This document shows, in pieces, positions 40,431 to 53,180 of a stretch of DNA of 64,000 nt. The notes under the pieces are model-generated. The model was not told the DNA's origin and ran no database searches. It saw only the letters and a program-made list of their open reading frames with translations. This DNA is from Camelus ferus. Taxonomy: Eukaryota. The DNA is taken from contig NC_045697.1 in assembly GCF_009834535.1 (NCBI RefSeq), positions 70,310,001 through 70,374,000 of the forward strand. Reading direction: 5' to 3'. How positions within the stretch are numbered: position 1 is the stretch's first letter; each line of letters begins with the position of its first letter. A program made the position numbers and the translations under genes.

Positions 40431-41867
40431 CTTAACTAGTTTGTCTAACATTATTCCCCCGAATCATTAATATCTCCTTCCTAATAAATTCAAAGATGCT
40501 CCAAGAGCTAGTACATGGGTTTGTTACTAGTACACAGTGAGAACAGCCCTTACCCAACAACTCAGCCCTAATATTATTATTATTTTTTTAAGCACAAGCT
40601 ACATACTCTTATCCTTTAAAGGGGTATTTTTAACCATAAATATAGTGAGCTGTATTTATTGCACTTAGGTTGTAGCAAAATTCTCTCCTGGGAATATAAA
40701 TTCAGAAATAATGTGAGGATGACAAAAGTGCCACATTAAAATTCAACAAAATGATTCAGCTGTGTTTAAAATACTTGTTTTGCTTTGAAGTGTCAAGTTT
40801 ACTCTATCTGCACATACACGATGACTGAATCTCAAGCTCTTTGTCCAAACTTGAACACATAAACTTTTAAAGGGTGTAGATAAAATGGTCAAAGGTGTTT
40901 TTTTCTCCTGATTTTATATTTTATGAGGCAATTTGAAACTCTTCAATGTAGAAAATCCCAAATCCACAAACCAAATTCTTCACTGGGATCTTGGTAAGTA
41001 TTCCTGTCAGGTTCCCCTTACATATTCCAGGACGATGTAGTTGTCATTTCAGCCTATTTTGTTTGAGACATAACTTTGAAAATTTTATCTTGAGCCATGA
41101 ATTTGCATAATATTAGGACAATTTCGACCATCATGTAAATGTGCATTTTTTACCTTCACAGTGATACCCACTTTACTGCATTGCATTCTACAGTAATATT
41201 TCAAAGGCTTCTGACAGTGACAAACAAAACCTGCCACTGTGAAGATATATCATAAAAATCACCTCTAAATTAGCATTAATTTATTTTTCAAAAAAAAACT
41301 TTCAGATGACTTCTATAAGCATCTCCAACTATTATTGATTTTGTTTACATTAGAGTGCAAATAATGTCTTTTAATAGTTCATTGTTGCTGAAATAAAGCA
41401 AGTAAAATAATTGAAAAAGTGTAACAATTAGAAAGGCTATATAAGGACTTGCTATAAAACCACTTTTATTTTGACTTTTACATCACTTGAGTGTTAGATA
41501 GGACCTGACCGGCCAATCCATTAGGGTTGAAGTCGAACCCTTCCTGCAAAACCAGAGAGAAGGTAGGATCAGGAATCCCCTGAAGCCAAAGCAATGCTCT
41601 ACCTTTCCTTTCTGTAGCTAGGGAAAGATTCAAGTGGGAAAAGCAAGAAACAAGCAAGGGAGAGAGGCAGGTAGGGAGAGGGAGTGAGAGAGGGAGAGAA
41701 CTTGTATATTTTTGTTGGCTCAGAGACACTGTGACTCTACTGACCTCCTTCCTTCTTCCTGTATGCTCCAATCATAGTGGTTGAAACTTTGCTCCCTTCT
41801 AGATGCTCCCAGATTCCTTGTTTAGCTGTTTTGATATCTTGATCCTTTTTCTCTTCAAGGCAGGTCT

Positions 41868-42338
41868 TGTTACAGAGCAAGGGACTGTTGCCCAGTGCAC
41901 ACAGAAGCCAATACTATGCCACTTGCTTTTGAGAAAAGAAAGAGCTTTATTGTGAAATTGACCAGCAAGAAGACAAGAGGCAAGGCTCTCAAATATGTCT
42001 CCATAACCCAAGGTTCGGGGTGAAATTTAAAGGGTTAGGAGAATTTCAAACTTGGAAGCTGACTGGCTAGTCTTGAGTCTATGAACTATTCGTGCTGCAG
42101 GAAGCCAGGTTTTCCTTACTGAAGAACTTCTCGCTTTGTAAAGAGTGGCAATACTTCTATTCTTTAAGCTCCATAGACTGAAGATTCTTGGTTCCAGGGT
42201 CATCCTGGATACAAGGGTACCCATCTTGCACATGCACGGTGGTGCCTCTGTAAAATAACTCAGAGTTTGATTAACCTATCAATGTATTTTAGGATGCAAA
42301 ACTAGTTTAAGCTGGTCAATGTTTTTAGTGCTGTTTCA
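41868..42338 (-). mobile_element. ERV solo LTR, 471 bp, with a perfect 4-bp TSD
   Basis: TG...CA termini flanked by gtct (41864-41867, 42339-42342); antisense AATAAA near 41946. Confidence 0.85.
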
Positions 42339-42364
42339 GTCTGCCTTGTTGTCAATATAAAAAA

Positions 42365-43095
42365 CATTTCAAAGTATACATTTGTGGTACATAAATCTTA
42401 AGTCTACAATCAATGAATTTTACATGCAGAGCACCTGCCTAGCCACCACTCTGTTGAAGATGCAGATTTCCTTCCTAGTCAATACTTTCAGGTAACAGTA
42501 TTATCCTGTTCTCTCTCACGCAGAGTAATTTTACCTGCTTGTGAATGCTGTCATATTTGCTTGTAAATTTAGTGTAAATATTATGCTATATAATCTGTTG
42601 TGTCTGCATTCTTTCATCATGCCTGTCTGTGAGATTTATCCTGTTGTTGCCAGCAGTTGACCAAGTTCATTCTCATTTCTATGTAGTATTCTATTGTATG
42701 ATTATACCACAATATACTCTTTCTATTTTTGATGGGCAGTAGTTTCTTTCCAGTTTCTGGCTATTATGAAAAAAGTGCCTATGAGCATTCTTGTACATGT
42801 CTTTTGATGACTGTAAGCACTCATTTCTTTTGGATGTTTGCCCAGGAATGGAGCTGCTGGGTTATACAGAATATATGCATTTAACTTTAGTTAGCTCTGC
42901 CAAACATTTTTGCAAAGTGGCTGTGCAAATTTTACATTCTCCCCATCAGTTTTTGGGAGTTCCGGTTTCTCCACATCCTTGCCAACACTTGGTTCTGTCA
43001 GTCTTTAAATTTAAGCTCTTCTAGTCAGTGTAACAGTGCTATCTTATAGTAGTTTCATTTTGCATTTCTCTGATGAGTAATAATGGGGAGCACAT
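42365..43095 (-). mobile_element. Old L1 3' fragment
   Basis: tagtattctattgtatg, ttctccacatccttgccaacacttgg. Confidence 0.7.
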
Positions 43096-44024
43096 CTGTT
43101 TGGAAGTATTTGTGAAGGGGTGTTGGGCACCTAATGCAGCATGTACTGCACTTAAAGCCCCCAAAAGAGCCTGTCTGTGATTTCCTGGAGGTGAACTATC
43201 CCATGTGGCCACATTCTCAGAGGGATTTAGGATAGACTAATAGCACAAGTCTAAACAGTAAATAGGCAGCTTTCAATGATCCAAACAGCTGGTCAAACCA
43301 GAATGGCTTCTGGGAAAACTCCAGCTGCCCACTGTGATTTGTGCAGATGTAAAGCCAGAGGCGTTGTCAAGCTTTTGAGTGTGTGAGCAGTATCCGGCCT
43401 CAGAAGTATGTGGGTAGTGGAGGACTAGTTTTGATATGTACTGAACTGGATGCAACTGGTAGAAAATTCTTTTAAGCCCTAGAGCTCACATTAAAGAAAT
43501 GATCAAAGCTTTGATCATAATCCTAAAAATTCATGGATAGTCACCAATAATGAGGGTCAAGCCTGAAAGCTTTTCTAAACTATCAATAAGGTGAATTTTG
43601 AACAATCCTGCTTATAGAGATACTGAAGTCCTTCTATTTTCTCTATGGAAATCATAAAATAGTTGTCATACAAAAGGTGCTTCAAAAGTATGAAGTCCAA
43701 AAAATAGAAAAAAAGGCTAACAGAAGTGTGTCACAAAGTCAATACAATTATGTTATGTTTTTATGGATGCTTATGCTATGCGTCAGTTTCTAGTGTGTTA
43801 CTTGCGATTTTCTTTCTTATTTGGTGATATATTTGCACACATTTTTAAATTCATAAGTTTGAATTTTTCTTCTAAAGGAAACCCTCAAATTGCACAAGCT
43901 TCTGGGGCACACTGCCAGAATCTGTCCCTCTTTGTGATCATCTACCTTGTGACCAATGACCCAGAAGGACCTTGATGGAAACACCTCAGCTTGTGGCTTT
44001 TCTAGGCTGCGTGCCGCAGCACCA

Positions 44025-44178
44025 TGACCCCGTGCAACCGCGGGTTCTGCATGCGCGCATAAAGAAGGCTGACTGTACTACGCCTTTCATGTAAAGCGTA
44101 TATGAAAATCAGCAGATTGTGGTATCTCGTGGGGGGCCCTGGAGCCAGTCCCCCGCAGATACCAAGAGACGACTGTAT
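44025..44178. mobile_element. Tigger-derived MITE (MER2/Tigger3-like), retaining CpGs
   Basis: Terminus ggggccctggagccagtcccccgcagataccaagagacgactgTA. Confidence 0.65.
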
Positions 44179-45214
44179 TTGTAGGGACAGGATTTTTAAA
44201 AACTTCATTCTGCTCTCCCATTGCTTCAGTTCCTTTTGGCAAGCCATGAGTATTGGCTTTGCATGACTAAGGGAGAAAATAAAGGTTCTTAGCCCCCTTC
44301 TTGCCCTGTGTAATCACACGGAAGACTTTGAATCTATAGATTCCTAACCATACGTAAAGAGATGACAAACTGTATGTCAGATAAAGGGATCATACCCCAG
44401 AAATAAATTGGAGAGAGTACAAGATAATCATAATTACTTTATGGGTAAAGAAATGGAAGCATCAGGAGGTCCCGCCGATTTATCACGGACACACTGACTG
44501 CGATTAAACCTAACAAACTTGCCTCTCTAACTCCTTGCTACCTTGCTAAACGATTCACTTCAAAAACAGGAGCAAGAAAGATTTACCTTGAATGTGCTTA
44601 GATATTGATGTTTCCTTGGCAACAGATTCTAAATTAAAAGCAAAACAGTGATTGAACATATGCACTTTTGTTCAAAAATCGTAGGCGCTGAAGCAGCAGT
44701 CTCAGAAGCCCTTTCCCATCCTTTGTTAATTGAGAAGAGAAGTTCTTTATCTCGGATGCTGTCACGCGGCAGTTGTTTTAGAAAAGCCTGTCTTCTAGAC
44801 ATAAAAATAGGAGGCCATTTCCCTTTCCCTCCGAATCTCCCTTGGCTTTGGCCTTTTTTTACTTCCTCGCAGTCACTCAGAGCCCTGTGTGTAATTAGCA
44901 CTTCCGCCCACCTCACTGAGATCTAGGCAGCAGTACCAGTCTCTAGTTGAAGTGATTAGTTACAATTTTGTTGCAGTTAAAGACAGACTAGTAGGAACAT
45001 GAGGTATGTATATTATTAGTCTATTATTACCTATTTTTTTCTCTAGATATTTTAAATTCCTGGGTTAGGATAAACCATTCCAGTCTGCATTCCTTGTATA
45101 GTTCTGTTGTTAAAAAGAGATGCTTTTATTGAAACGCTTTGTTCTCGGTCATTCCCTTCTTTAAAGGGGTTCTGTGTGCTAGAACCCCTCGAACCTGTTG
45201 GTATATGGTTCCCT

Positions 45215-45380
45215 ACAGCCTTACCCGTCACAGTGTGGTCTGGGCCAGCAGCATAGTAGCTCCAGGGAGCTGGTGAGAAATGCAGAATCTCAAGCCCCAA
45301 CCCAGAATCTACTGAATCAGAACTTGCATTTTAAGATTCCCAGGTGGTTTACATGCACACTGAAGTCTGAAATGCACTAT
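45215..45380. mobile_element. MER5-like MITE
   Basis: gaaatgcagaatctcaagcccc...actgaatcagaacttgcatttt. Confidence 0.7.
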
Positions 45381-45439
45381 TCTTCACCGCTTGGTCTATT
45401 TTCTTGTGGACTTACAGGGAAATTTTATCTAAGATGTAG

Positions 45440-45700
45440 CAGCCTAGTGGTTAGTCCCTGGGCTTGAGGTAGGCAAGGAATTTACTTGATCGGAGGTTGC
45501 CAGCCCTTACCGATGAGATGATTTTGGGAAATCTGCTTCAATTCTGTAAGGCCTGGTTTTCTTCTCTGTAAAATGGAGACTATAATAGCACTCATCTCGT
45601 GGGGTTATTGTGAGCAATAGATGAAAAACTATGTATAAACCAGTCAAGCCCATATTATAGCTGTACATGATAACCAATAAATATTAGCTGTTATTATCAT
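45440..45700 (+). mobile_element. MIR SINE
   Basis: ttttcttctctgtaaaatgg...ggttattgtgag core. Confidence 0.7.
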
Positions 45701-47782
45701 TACTCCTACTACCAGAAGTTAATTTTTGTTTTTATTTTAATTGAATGGCTTGTTTTGTCTTATGGGACCGTATTGCTGGTGATTTTTTTTTTTTTTTTTG
45801 GACGGGGGAAGGATTTGACTGCTAGGAAGTATAGAGCCAAATTTACAGCCTTTTGCAACAGGTATTTAACTTTTTGACTGCCCATACCTCACCTTCTTAT
45901 TTTTTGTATTTATTCTCTTCACTCTAATTTCATCCGCTTTTTACATTTTGTTCCATTCAATATGGTATCTTTGTAAGCCACTTCAAAAGCATTTTCTATT
46001 GAGATATGACATAAGAATTGTCATCACCATGAATAAATTTATTAGTTCACAACTCCAAATTATGTTGACAGCCTTGCCTTTTTTTTTCTCTCTCTCTACC
46101 AACTTCTTGTTATAATGATGTTGGTTAACCTAGACCCTGTAAGGCAGGGGTGCTTAAAACAATTTTCAAAGCATGTTCTCCTCACGTTATCTTCTTGTTT
46201 ACCACTGCATCTCCAGTCTGGTGCCTGACACATAATAGGTGCACAATACATATGTTATTAAGTGGATGGTCATGTACAAATTTACATCTTACCTCACTTA
46301 CAGATTTACATCTCTTCATGTTTGCTATTGCGTTCAAACCTGGAATGGGCTTTCTTCATCCTTTGACTTATCCAGGACAAAGGACTCAGATCAGCTCCCA
46401 CCTTGCTGTGAAGACTTCTTTGACCTTTCAGACCAAACAGGGGTCTCTCTCTTCCCCAAACTACGGGACTCACTGTCTTACCCCACTGGCCCTTGATATT
46501 CCCTCTTATGTTGGTAGCTCTCCTCGATTGATGGCACAAGCTTTGGAATCAGGAAGTCATAGATTCAATTCTGCTTGGGCCACTTACCAGCTGTGTGACT
46601 TTAGGAACATGACTCAGTTTCTCTAGAGCTGTCACCTCACCTGTGAAATGGGAAAATTACTGTGTTGTATCACTATAATCGATAATATATGTGGGTGATT
46701 AGGCTATTACCTGGAGATACTGTCCTAATCGTGTCTTTTTTCCCAAATTAAATTCAGTAATCCTCTCTTGTGGAATCAGCAGGAAATTGTCCTGGGGCTT
46801 ATGGGTGAAGCCGTATTCTTATAACTCTGATGGATTCTTTTTGTCTTGGCCTCCCGGCTCCCAAGGCTGACAGAAGCTGCCAGAGTTGTGTCTGTTGATG
46901 ATTCGTGGTGAATGTGGCTGTGATTCATTATTGTCTAGGTTTCCTGTCTAGGTTTCATGACTTGTCAGTGGTGGCTGAGGAGGAAGGTAGGAAATATTTA
47001 CTGTCACCTAGGGATCACTGCACAACAGTTTCAAATACTCCTTGAATTCCCCTTTGTTGTTTTTCTTTATTTCCCCTCTTTTTATTCTGTAGCATTATTT
47101 CCCTATTTCTCTTCCTAAGAATAAGCTGTAGATATCAGAATTAATTTATTTCCAAGAGAGTGCTGTGGGGTTTTTTGCTGTTTGTTTTTGGTTTTCTTTT
47201 GGAAGTCTTTAAAATAATCTCTGCTCTCTTTGAGCTCTAGGCAAGGCATATTTTTCGAGGTTCTGAAATGCAAAATGCATGAGAGTCAAACAAACAAATC
47301 TTTTAGTCTAAGAATTCTGAAAAAGAGATTAATTAAAACTGTTCTCTTATTAAGAGACTATACCAAGTTACATGAGATGCTTTTTCTATCCACAAAATCC
47401 TGGGGGGTATGGGTGTTCTACTATAAAGTTGATATGTACATTTTCAGAATTTTCTTTATTATAAATACCTACTTAAGAAAAGAAGAGTTCTTTGAACAAC
47501 AAAGAAGCTGGTGCATCAGAGCAGTGTGCTCATTATACTTTTGATACGGTTCTCTAACTATTCTAGTTCTTTCTCCATGTGGCAGCTGCGAAGACGTCTC
47601 AGATTAAATTTGATCATCTTACTTTCTGATTAAAGTCCCACTGGCTCCCTGTTGCCTGCAGTATTAAATCCAGTATGAAAAGCTTTGCTTATTTAGACTC
47701 CAAATAACCTTCCCCACTTCTGCTTTTGCCCGTGGAGCGTGCACTCCCCGAGCTCCCACCACAAAGGTCTTCTTACCGTCAC

Positions 47783-47800
47783 TGCCTACAGGTGGCGCTC
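47783..47800 (+). promoter_or_regulatory. Candidate CTCF site
   Basis: tgCCTACAGGTGGCGCtc matches CCASYAGRKGGCRS at 12 of 14 positions, in a small CpG-containing patch. Confidence 0.5.
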
Positions 47801-49711
47801 TTTCCCAGCTGGGACTGCGCAGGCTCTATCTTCCGGCTCCTCTGTTAAGAAACAGTTCACTGTGACCTGACTATACTTAAATCGACAAAAAAGGAGGGGG
47901 AGGGGCAGGGAGGAGAGGAAAAGGGAGAAGAAAGAAAGAGAAAAAGAAAGAAAAGAACCCGTTCAAATGCGCTTTGCATTCAGAAGCCTCCCTGGAATTC
48001 CCTAAACAATTATTCTTTCCTCTTGGGTCCCCTAACAATTTATAGATTACATTTACATAGCACTTATTATGCTGCCTAGTAATTTTTCTGTTTACAAATC
48101 TCTGATTAGTTTATGGGCTGTTTGAAGGTGGAGATGTTACCTCTTTCATTTGAATCACCCACAACATCCAACACATGTAGAAAATACCCAATATTAGTTA
48201 GCTGTTTGTGGACACATTCAAGTATACTTACGTATTTTAAGGAACACTATGCATTCTGCTTCTATCAGGTTTAATTTAATTCTGTTAATCTTATATACAT
48301 GTGATGAATATCAATGCAAATTACCCTTCTATACATATTTATAATGAATACTTTATCTTCTAATTTTTAAAATAAGCCAAAGTTCACATTGATTTTTACA
48401 ATTGTAAGTATTGGAATACACATTTTTCCCCTTCTGTAGACCTGTTATGTGAAGCCATATGTCAGCTCCCAGATGTCTCAGGTTGCCTGCAAGCTCCTCT
48501 GCTGTTATCAGCGTGTCAGTGCAGCTGCAGTTCAGAATCCCTGTTGGTCACTTAGCTGATCTTTTTGGTTGGGAAGGGACCAAGACTACCCACAGAACTC
48601 TGTAACCATGGTGATAAGATGCCCTATTTTAACTTTTCAACAGAAAAGATGAGATGCTCTAGCACTTCTGTGCCTATGCTTCCCAGTGGAATTTTGGGGA
48701 GCCATTCAAGCATTTAAGCTACAGAATCAGACCTTGAACAGATAATTACTTTTTCCTTTATACTAGGTACCTTTTAAATTAGGGATGGTGACTGACAGCA
48801 CATACAGGCCATGACCAGGCAAATGTGAGGTCTAGGGCAAATGTGGGAGGCTTGTTATTCTTATAATACACCAACTGGGAGAAAGCGCCTTTTAAGCCAA
48901 GGGCTTTACTTTTTAAATAAAATTGAAGTGCTTACCAAAATAATGACTGTGTGCTTTTTCATGGGTGATGAAATAAAACTATTATGGAAGATGGATGTGA
49001 TTCTTGTAGAAAGTCAAAGCGTTCATTTAGACTATGTTTTCCAGCCAAGATTAGTCTTAGACCTTGTTAGAATGGGCAGTTCTGTGCATCTGAGACTTAG
49101 GGGGCCCTGAGAAGGTACAATGTTCAATATCCTCCCCTTTCTTTAGTCTGAAAATCTAACTTGCCAGAATTTTTCCCTTTAAAGGTTTACAAGCCATTAT
49201 AATATAAGTATTTCTGGGAAAGGCATCACAGTAAAGGACAGGCTGAAATTCAGTGGCCTATACAATACAACTGGTTTATAGCCATATTTATTTGGCCAGA
49301 AGATTGTTTTATATATTGTTTTGAACCAACATTTAATCATAAGAAGACTTCACATAAAAAATCCTACACTACCCTATTACCATTAAGCAACAGGAAATGC
49401 ACAAAACTAAATTCTTAGAAGGCTGGAGACGAACGGTGGCTGTCTTATTTAAGGGAGCCAGATTCTCTCTAATTTGTCACAGCCACCATTCCTCCCAACT
49501 TATATTCAGATACAGCTCTGTAGTCCTTCTTCACTCACTTACGTTCCTGGCTCCTGTTGGTAAAACACAGAGTAGCCTCAGTAACTAACAATTTGGGGAC
49601 TGACAATAAAGCATCTGCTTTGTGTTTGGCCTAGGATTGCCTTCATCTCAAAGGTATCTGTAAGAATATTAAGACTTTTCCATGCCTCTTCCCTGGTGGT
49701 GTTCCTGCTTG

Positions 49712-50062
49712 CTCTGGACTAAATGTTATGTACCCCCTCCAAATTCATAAATGTTGAAACCCTAACCGCCCCTGTGATGGTATTTGGAGATGGGGATCTT
49801 TGGGAGGTAATTCGGTGTAGATGAGGGTGGGGCCCTTATTATGGGATTAGTGTCCTTCTAAGAAGAGACCTGAGAGCTAGTTCCCTCTGTCTGCCTTATG
49901 AGGACACAGCAAGGAAGCAGCTGTGTCTGCAGACCAGGAAGAAGGTCCTCACCAAGAACCCTACCCTCATCTCAGGCTTCCAGCTCCAGAACTGTGAGAA
50001 ATAAATGTTTACTCTTTAAGCCATTCAGTCTATGGTATTCTGTGACAGCAGCCAGAACTAAC
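49712..50062 (+). mobile_element. MaLR solo LTR (MLT1A-like)
   Basis: tggactaaatgtt...gttgaaaccctaacc...gaactgtgagaaataaatgttt...cagcagccagaactaaca. Confidence 0.85.
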
Positions 50063-50791
50063 ATACTGCCCCCATCCTCCCCTTGGGATATTATCAGAAA
50101 ACAAACAAACCAAAGAAAACCAACAAAATATGCATTTCTAATACATTTTCCTTCAAGCATTCAAAGACTCTTATTATTTATATTCCTAGCACAAATACAT
50201 ACATACGTACCACACACATACATAAATGTGCCAGAAAAATTCCACTTTTACCTGAGGCTGACTTGAATTGACCGAGTTTTCTCAAACTGTTGAATATTAC
50301 CTCAATTGGGAACATATTTTAGTTGTACCAGAACAGCACAGCAAATTTGAGTTGAGGCATGGAACTTGGTCTTTAAATTTAATTGGTGTGAAGAAAAAGT
50401 TGAATAATCTATTCTGAAACCACACCCTCCACAAGACTGGCACTGTTTAGGTGGGAGGTTGGCTTGACCCTACTGCGCAATGCACTTGGTGAGTGAGGGC
50501 ATACTGAAGAGCGTGCGAAGAGCAGAAGCACAGGGAGATGGCTGAGGCTGGGAAGGGAAATATGGGAGGATGCTTGCTTTCTTCCTTGGCAGTCTTTAGG
50601 GTCTTAGGAGTTGATCAAAGGCCTCTGATTTCCTTTGTCCAAATTTCTCACAGGTTTGATGATTTCTGAAATACAATGTTTTATAATTTGTAATAAAATG
50701 TAAAATGCAGATATCTGTGCAAGAGTTTATAAGCAAACATCCTTGGAAGCATAAACACTTGGAGTTTTATAGTCATTTACATTAAGCTATA

Positions 50792-51402
50792 TGTGGTGGC
50801 CATGGAGGTGCACTGCTCCAGCGTCCTTTTCAGAGAATCTACAGTGGAGAACACAGTGAACTGACAGCCAGCTGTTACCTTTGTTTGTTTGTTTGTTTGA
50901 ATTTTATTTATTTCTGTGATTTATTTATGTATGTATTTAAATTTTGTTGGGGGGGGGTCATTAGGATTATTTATTTATTTATTTAATGGAGGTCCTGGGG
51001 ATTGAACCCAGGACCTTGTGAGTGCTAGGCATGCACCCTACCACTGAGCTATACCTCCCCACCAGCTATTATCTTTGGATCCGCCTTTACCAGGATGTGA
51101 GGTTGCACTTTCCCCAGGCTGCTCGCCACCAATCCCCAATCACATTGTATTTACCAGAGCTGGCCCGAATTCAGCTGGGGACACCCATTGGCTGGCTGAG
51201 ACTTTGAAGAACTGTGCTTCTATATGAGGCTTTTCCTGCCCCATCTCTCCTTCCCTTTCTCTTCACAATGTCAGACCTCTGTCATGGTCTGGAGGCTCCC
51301 CCTGCCTTCTCTTGCTTTTTTCCCTTCACAGACATTTCCTTCAAGAAATCTCTTGTGCCTCTATCTTATTTTGACATCTGCTTCTCAGAGGATCCAACTG
51401 AC
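50792..51402 (+). mobile_element. ERVL solo LTR (LTR16-like) interrupted by a SINE
   Basis: tgtggtggccatggagg start and catctgcttctcagaggatccaactgaca end. Confidence 0.7.
50884..51061 (-). mobile_element. Vic-1-type SINE with 16-bp TSD
   Basis: Antisense A and B boxes; TSD ccagctgttacctttg (50868) / ccagctattatctttg (51062). Confidence 0.9.
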
Positions 51403-53065
51403 ACTTTATAAATGACTAATTATTATTGGCAGAGTCAAAAGGAATTATAGAGCAATATCACACGAGAACCTGAGGAGAACTGTGTGGGTGCCTTAAAAAG
51501 AGCACAAAATGATCAAAAATGACAAACTCTCCTATCAATCAGCATGGATATTATGTCTCTAAATACTGTGAGGTTCCAAATACATTTTAGAACAAGATGC
51601 TGGTTACTGCTCTTTGGAAATGGTAGCAGAGCTCAAATCTAGTGGTACATTTGAATGTATTGCTTTTTAGTGTTTAAAATAGAATTTGTAAGTTTGACTT
51701 GGTTTTATTATTATGTAAAATGTATAAGCATAAGGAGTCTATACTCATTTTTACATACAATATGATTCACCTGTGAGTGTTTTCAGCCTTTCTCCGGCCC
51801 TCCTCCCCAAAAGGGAGAGAACTGTGTGCTCAGTTAGCTTCCCTCTGCTCCCTCCCTGGCAATCCTGAGGAGCACCTGCTTCTGAGCCAATAATTGGAAA
51901 AGAATCTCATGGTAGGTGAAGCCCAGCTGACTTGGGAGACCCCAGTAGACCTCTGGGTATGAGAGGAGCCCCTGTTGGAAATCATCGCCTGCTTTAGCCC
52001 TTGACCTGGGTGCTTTTGGGTCATCTACAGACTCCTCAGCCATGCTGGCGGTCTTGCACAGGACCCCTGACTTAGTTAAAAAGAGAAGGGAAAGGTTCTT
52101 AGTGAGAGCAGCAAAGTCTATATAATAAAGAGCAGGGAATGAAAAAAAGAGAGTGGAAAGAGAGTTTTGGGGGATTTGCTTAAGAAAAAAGGTATAGAGT
52201 AGTTTGAGGAGGCTAGAGAATTTGGGAGCAAAGCCATCTGAGAAACGTTTCTGGGGATTATAAATAAGATTCTTTCAGTGTCTTTCCCGGAGTCACAGGT
52301 AAGTTGGAATTCCTTTTTCAGAACTGTGAGGAGGAAGGCCTGCACAAGCTTTATGGCCAGGAGGGAGGGTATCCTCAGGGTTGGGTCTTTTGATATCCCC
52401 ACTGATGGAGGACGCTGATACGCTGCTTCCTCTAATTATGGACCAATTGAGTTGCAGGAAATTTCTCAAGGACAGACCTTACATTCCGAGGGAGGTATTG
52501 AGAAAGGAAATAGTCTCTCAAGTAAAAAGGCACCCAGCCCCAACCCAAAGTCTGAGCTGCTATTATTGTCTGAAGTAGAGGAATTAGCATTTGGTTTCTT
52601 TCCTGCTTTGCCTGGGGGAGCTTACCAGAATAATAAGAGAGGGTACATCAGTCCTGAGTAGCTCCAGGTTCATAAATTCTTCAGGGTCACAATCCTCCCA
52701 CTGCATTAGCTCAATGGAGTTTTACGGTTAGTGCTGTTCTGTAGGAAGAAACCCAGGCCAGAGAAGGCACTGAGCAGCCAGGTGAAATGCAATTAGCCCA
52801 GCATGAAAATATAGGAGCATGCCGTCAATTGTGCATTCCGAAGAGCTCTTGTAGCTGTGCATTTCTCTCCATCTCCAGTCTCTTACCTCATCTGAGTTGC
52901 GGTCATAGTTTTTCCTAGGAACCTGTGCTTCCAGAGATGTGTTTTCCGTGTTTATGTCCGCTCCTGGAGCATATTGCAGCTCGTCGGCGCTCCTACTGGC
53001 CGCTCGCGCGTTAGATGATACTGTGAGGCCCCACCAACCGTCTCTGCCTCCGCGTGGGGACAGAG

Positions 53066-53180
53066 AATTTATTTTTTGATGAGAGGAGGTAATTCGGTTT
53101 ATTTATCTATTTGTTTATTTTTATGGAGGTACTGGGGATTGAACCCAGAACCTCGTCCATGCTAAGCACGACTCTACCAC
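53066..53180 (-). mobile_element. 5'-truncated Vic-1-type SINE
   Basis: ggaggtactggggattgaacccagaacctc...gctaagcacgactctaccac. Confidence 0.85.

Noticed and set aside
52975..53010. CpG patch with CTCF-like CCAGTAGGAGCGCC on the minus strand
   Set aside because: One base short of the GGC core spacing; too weak to call.
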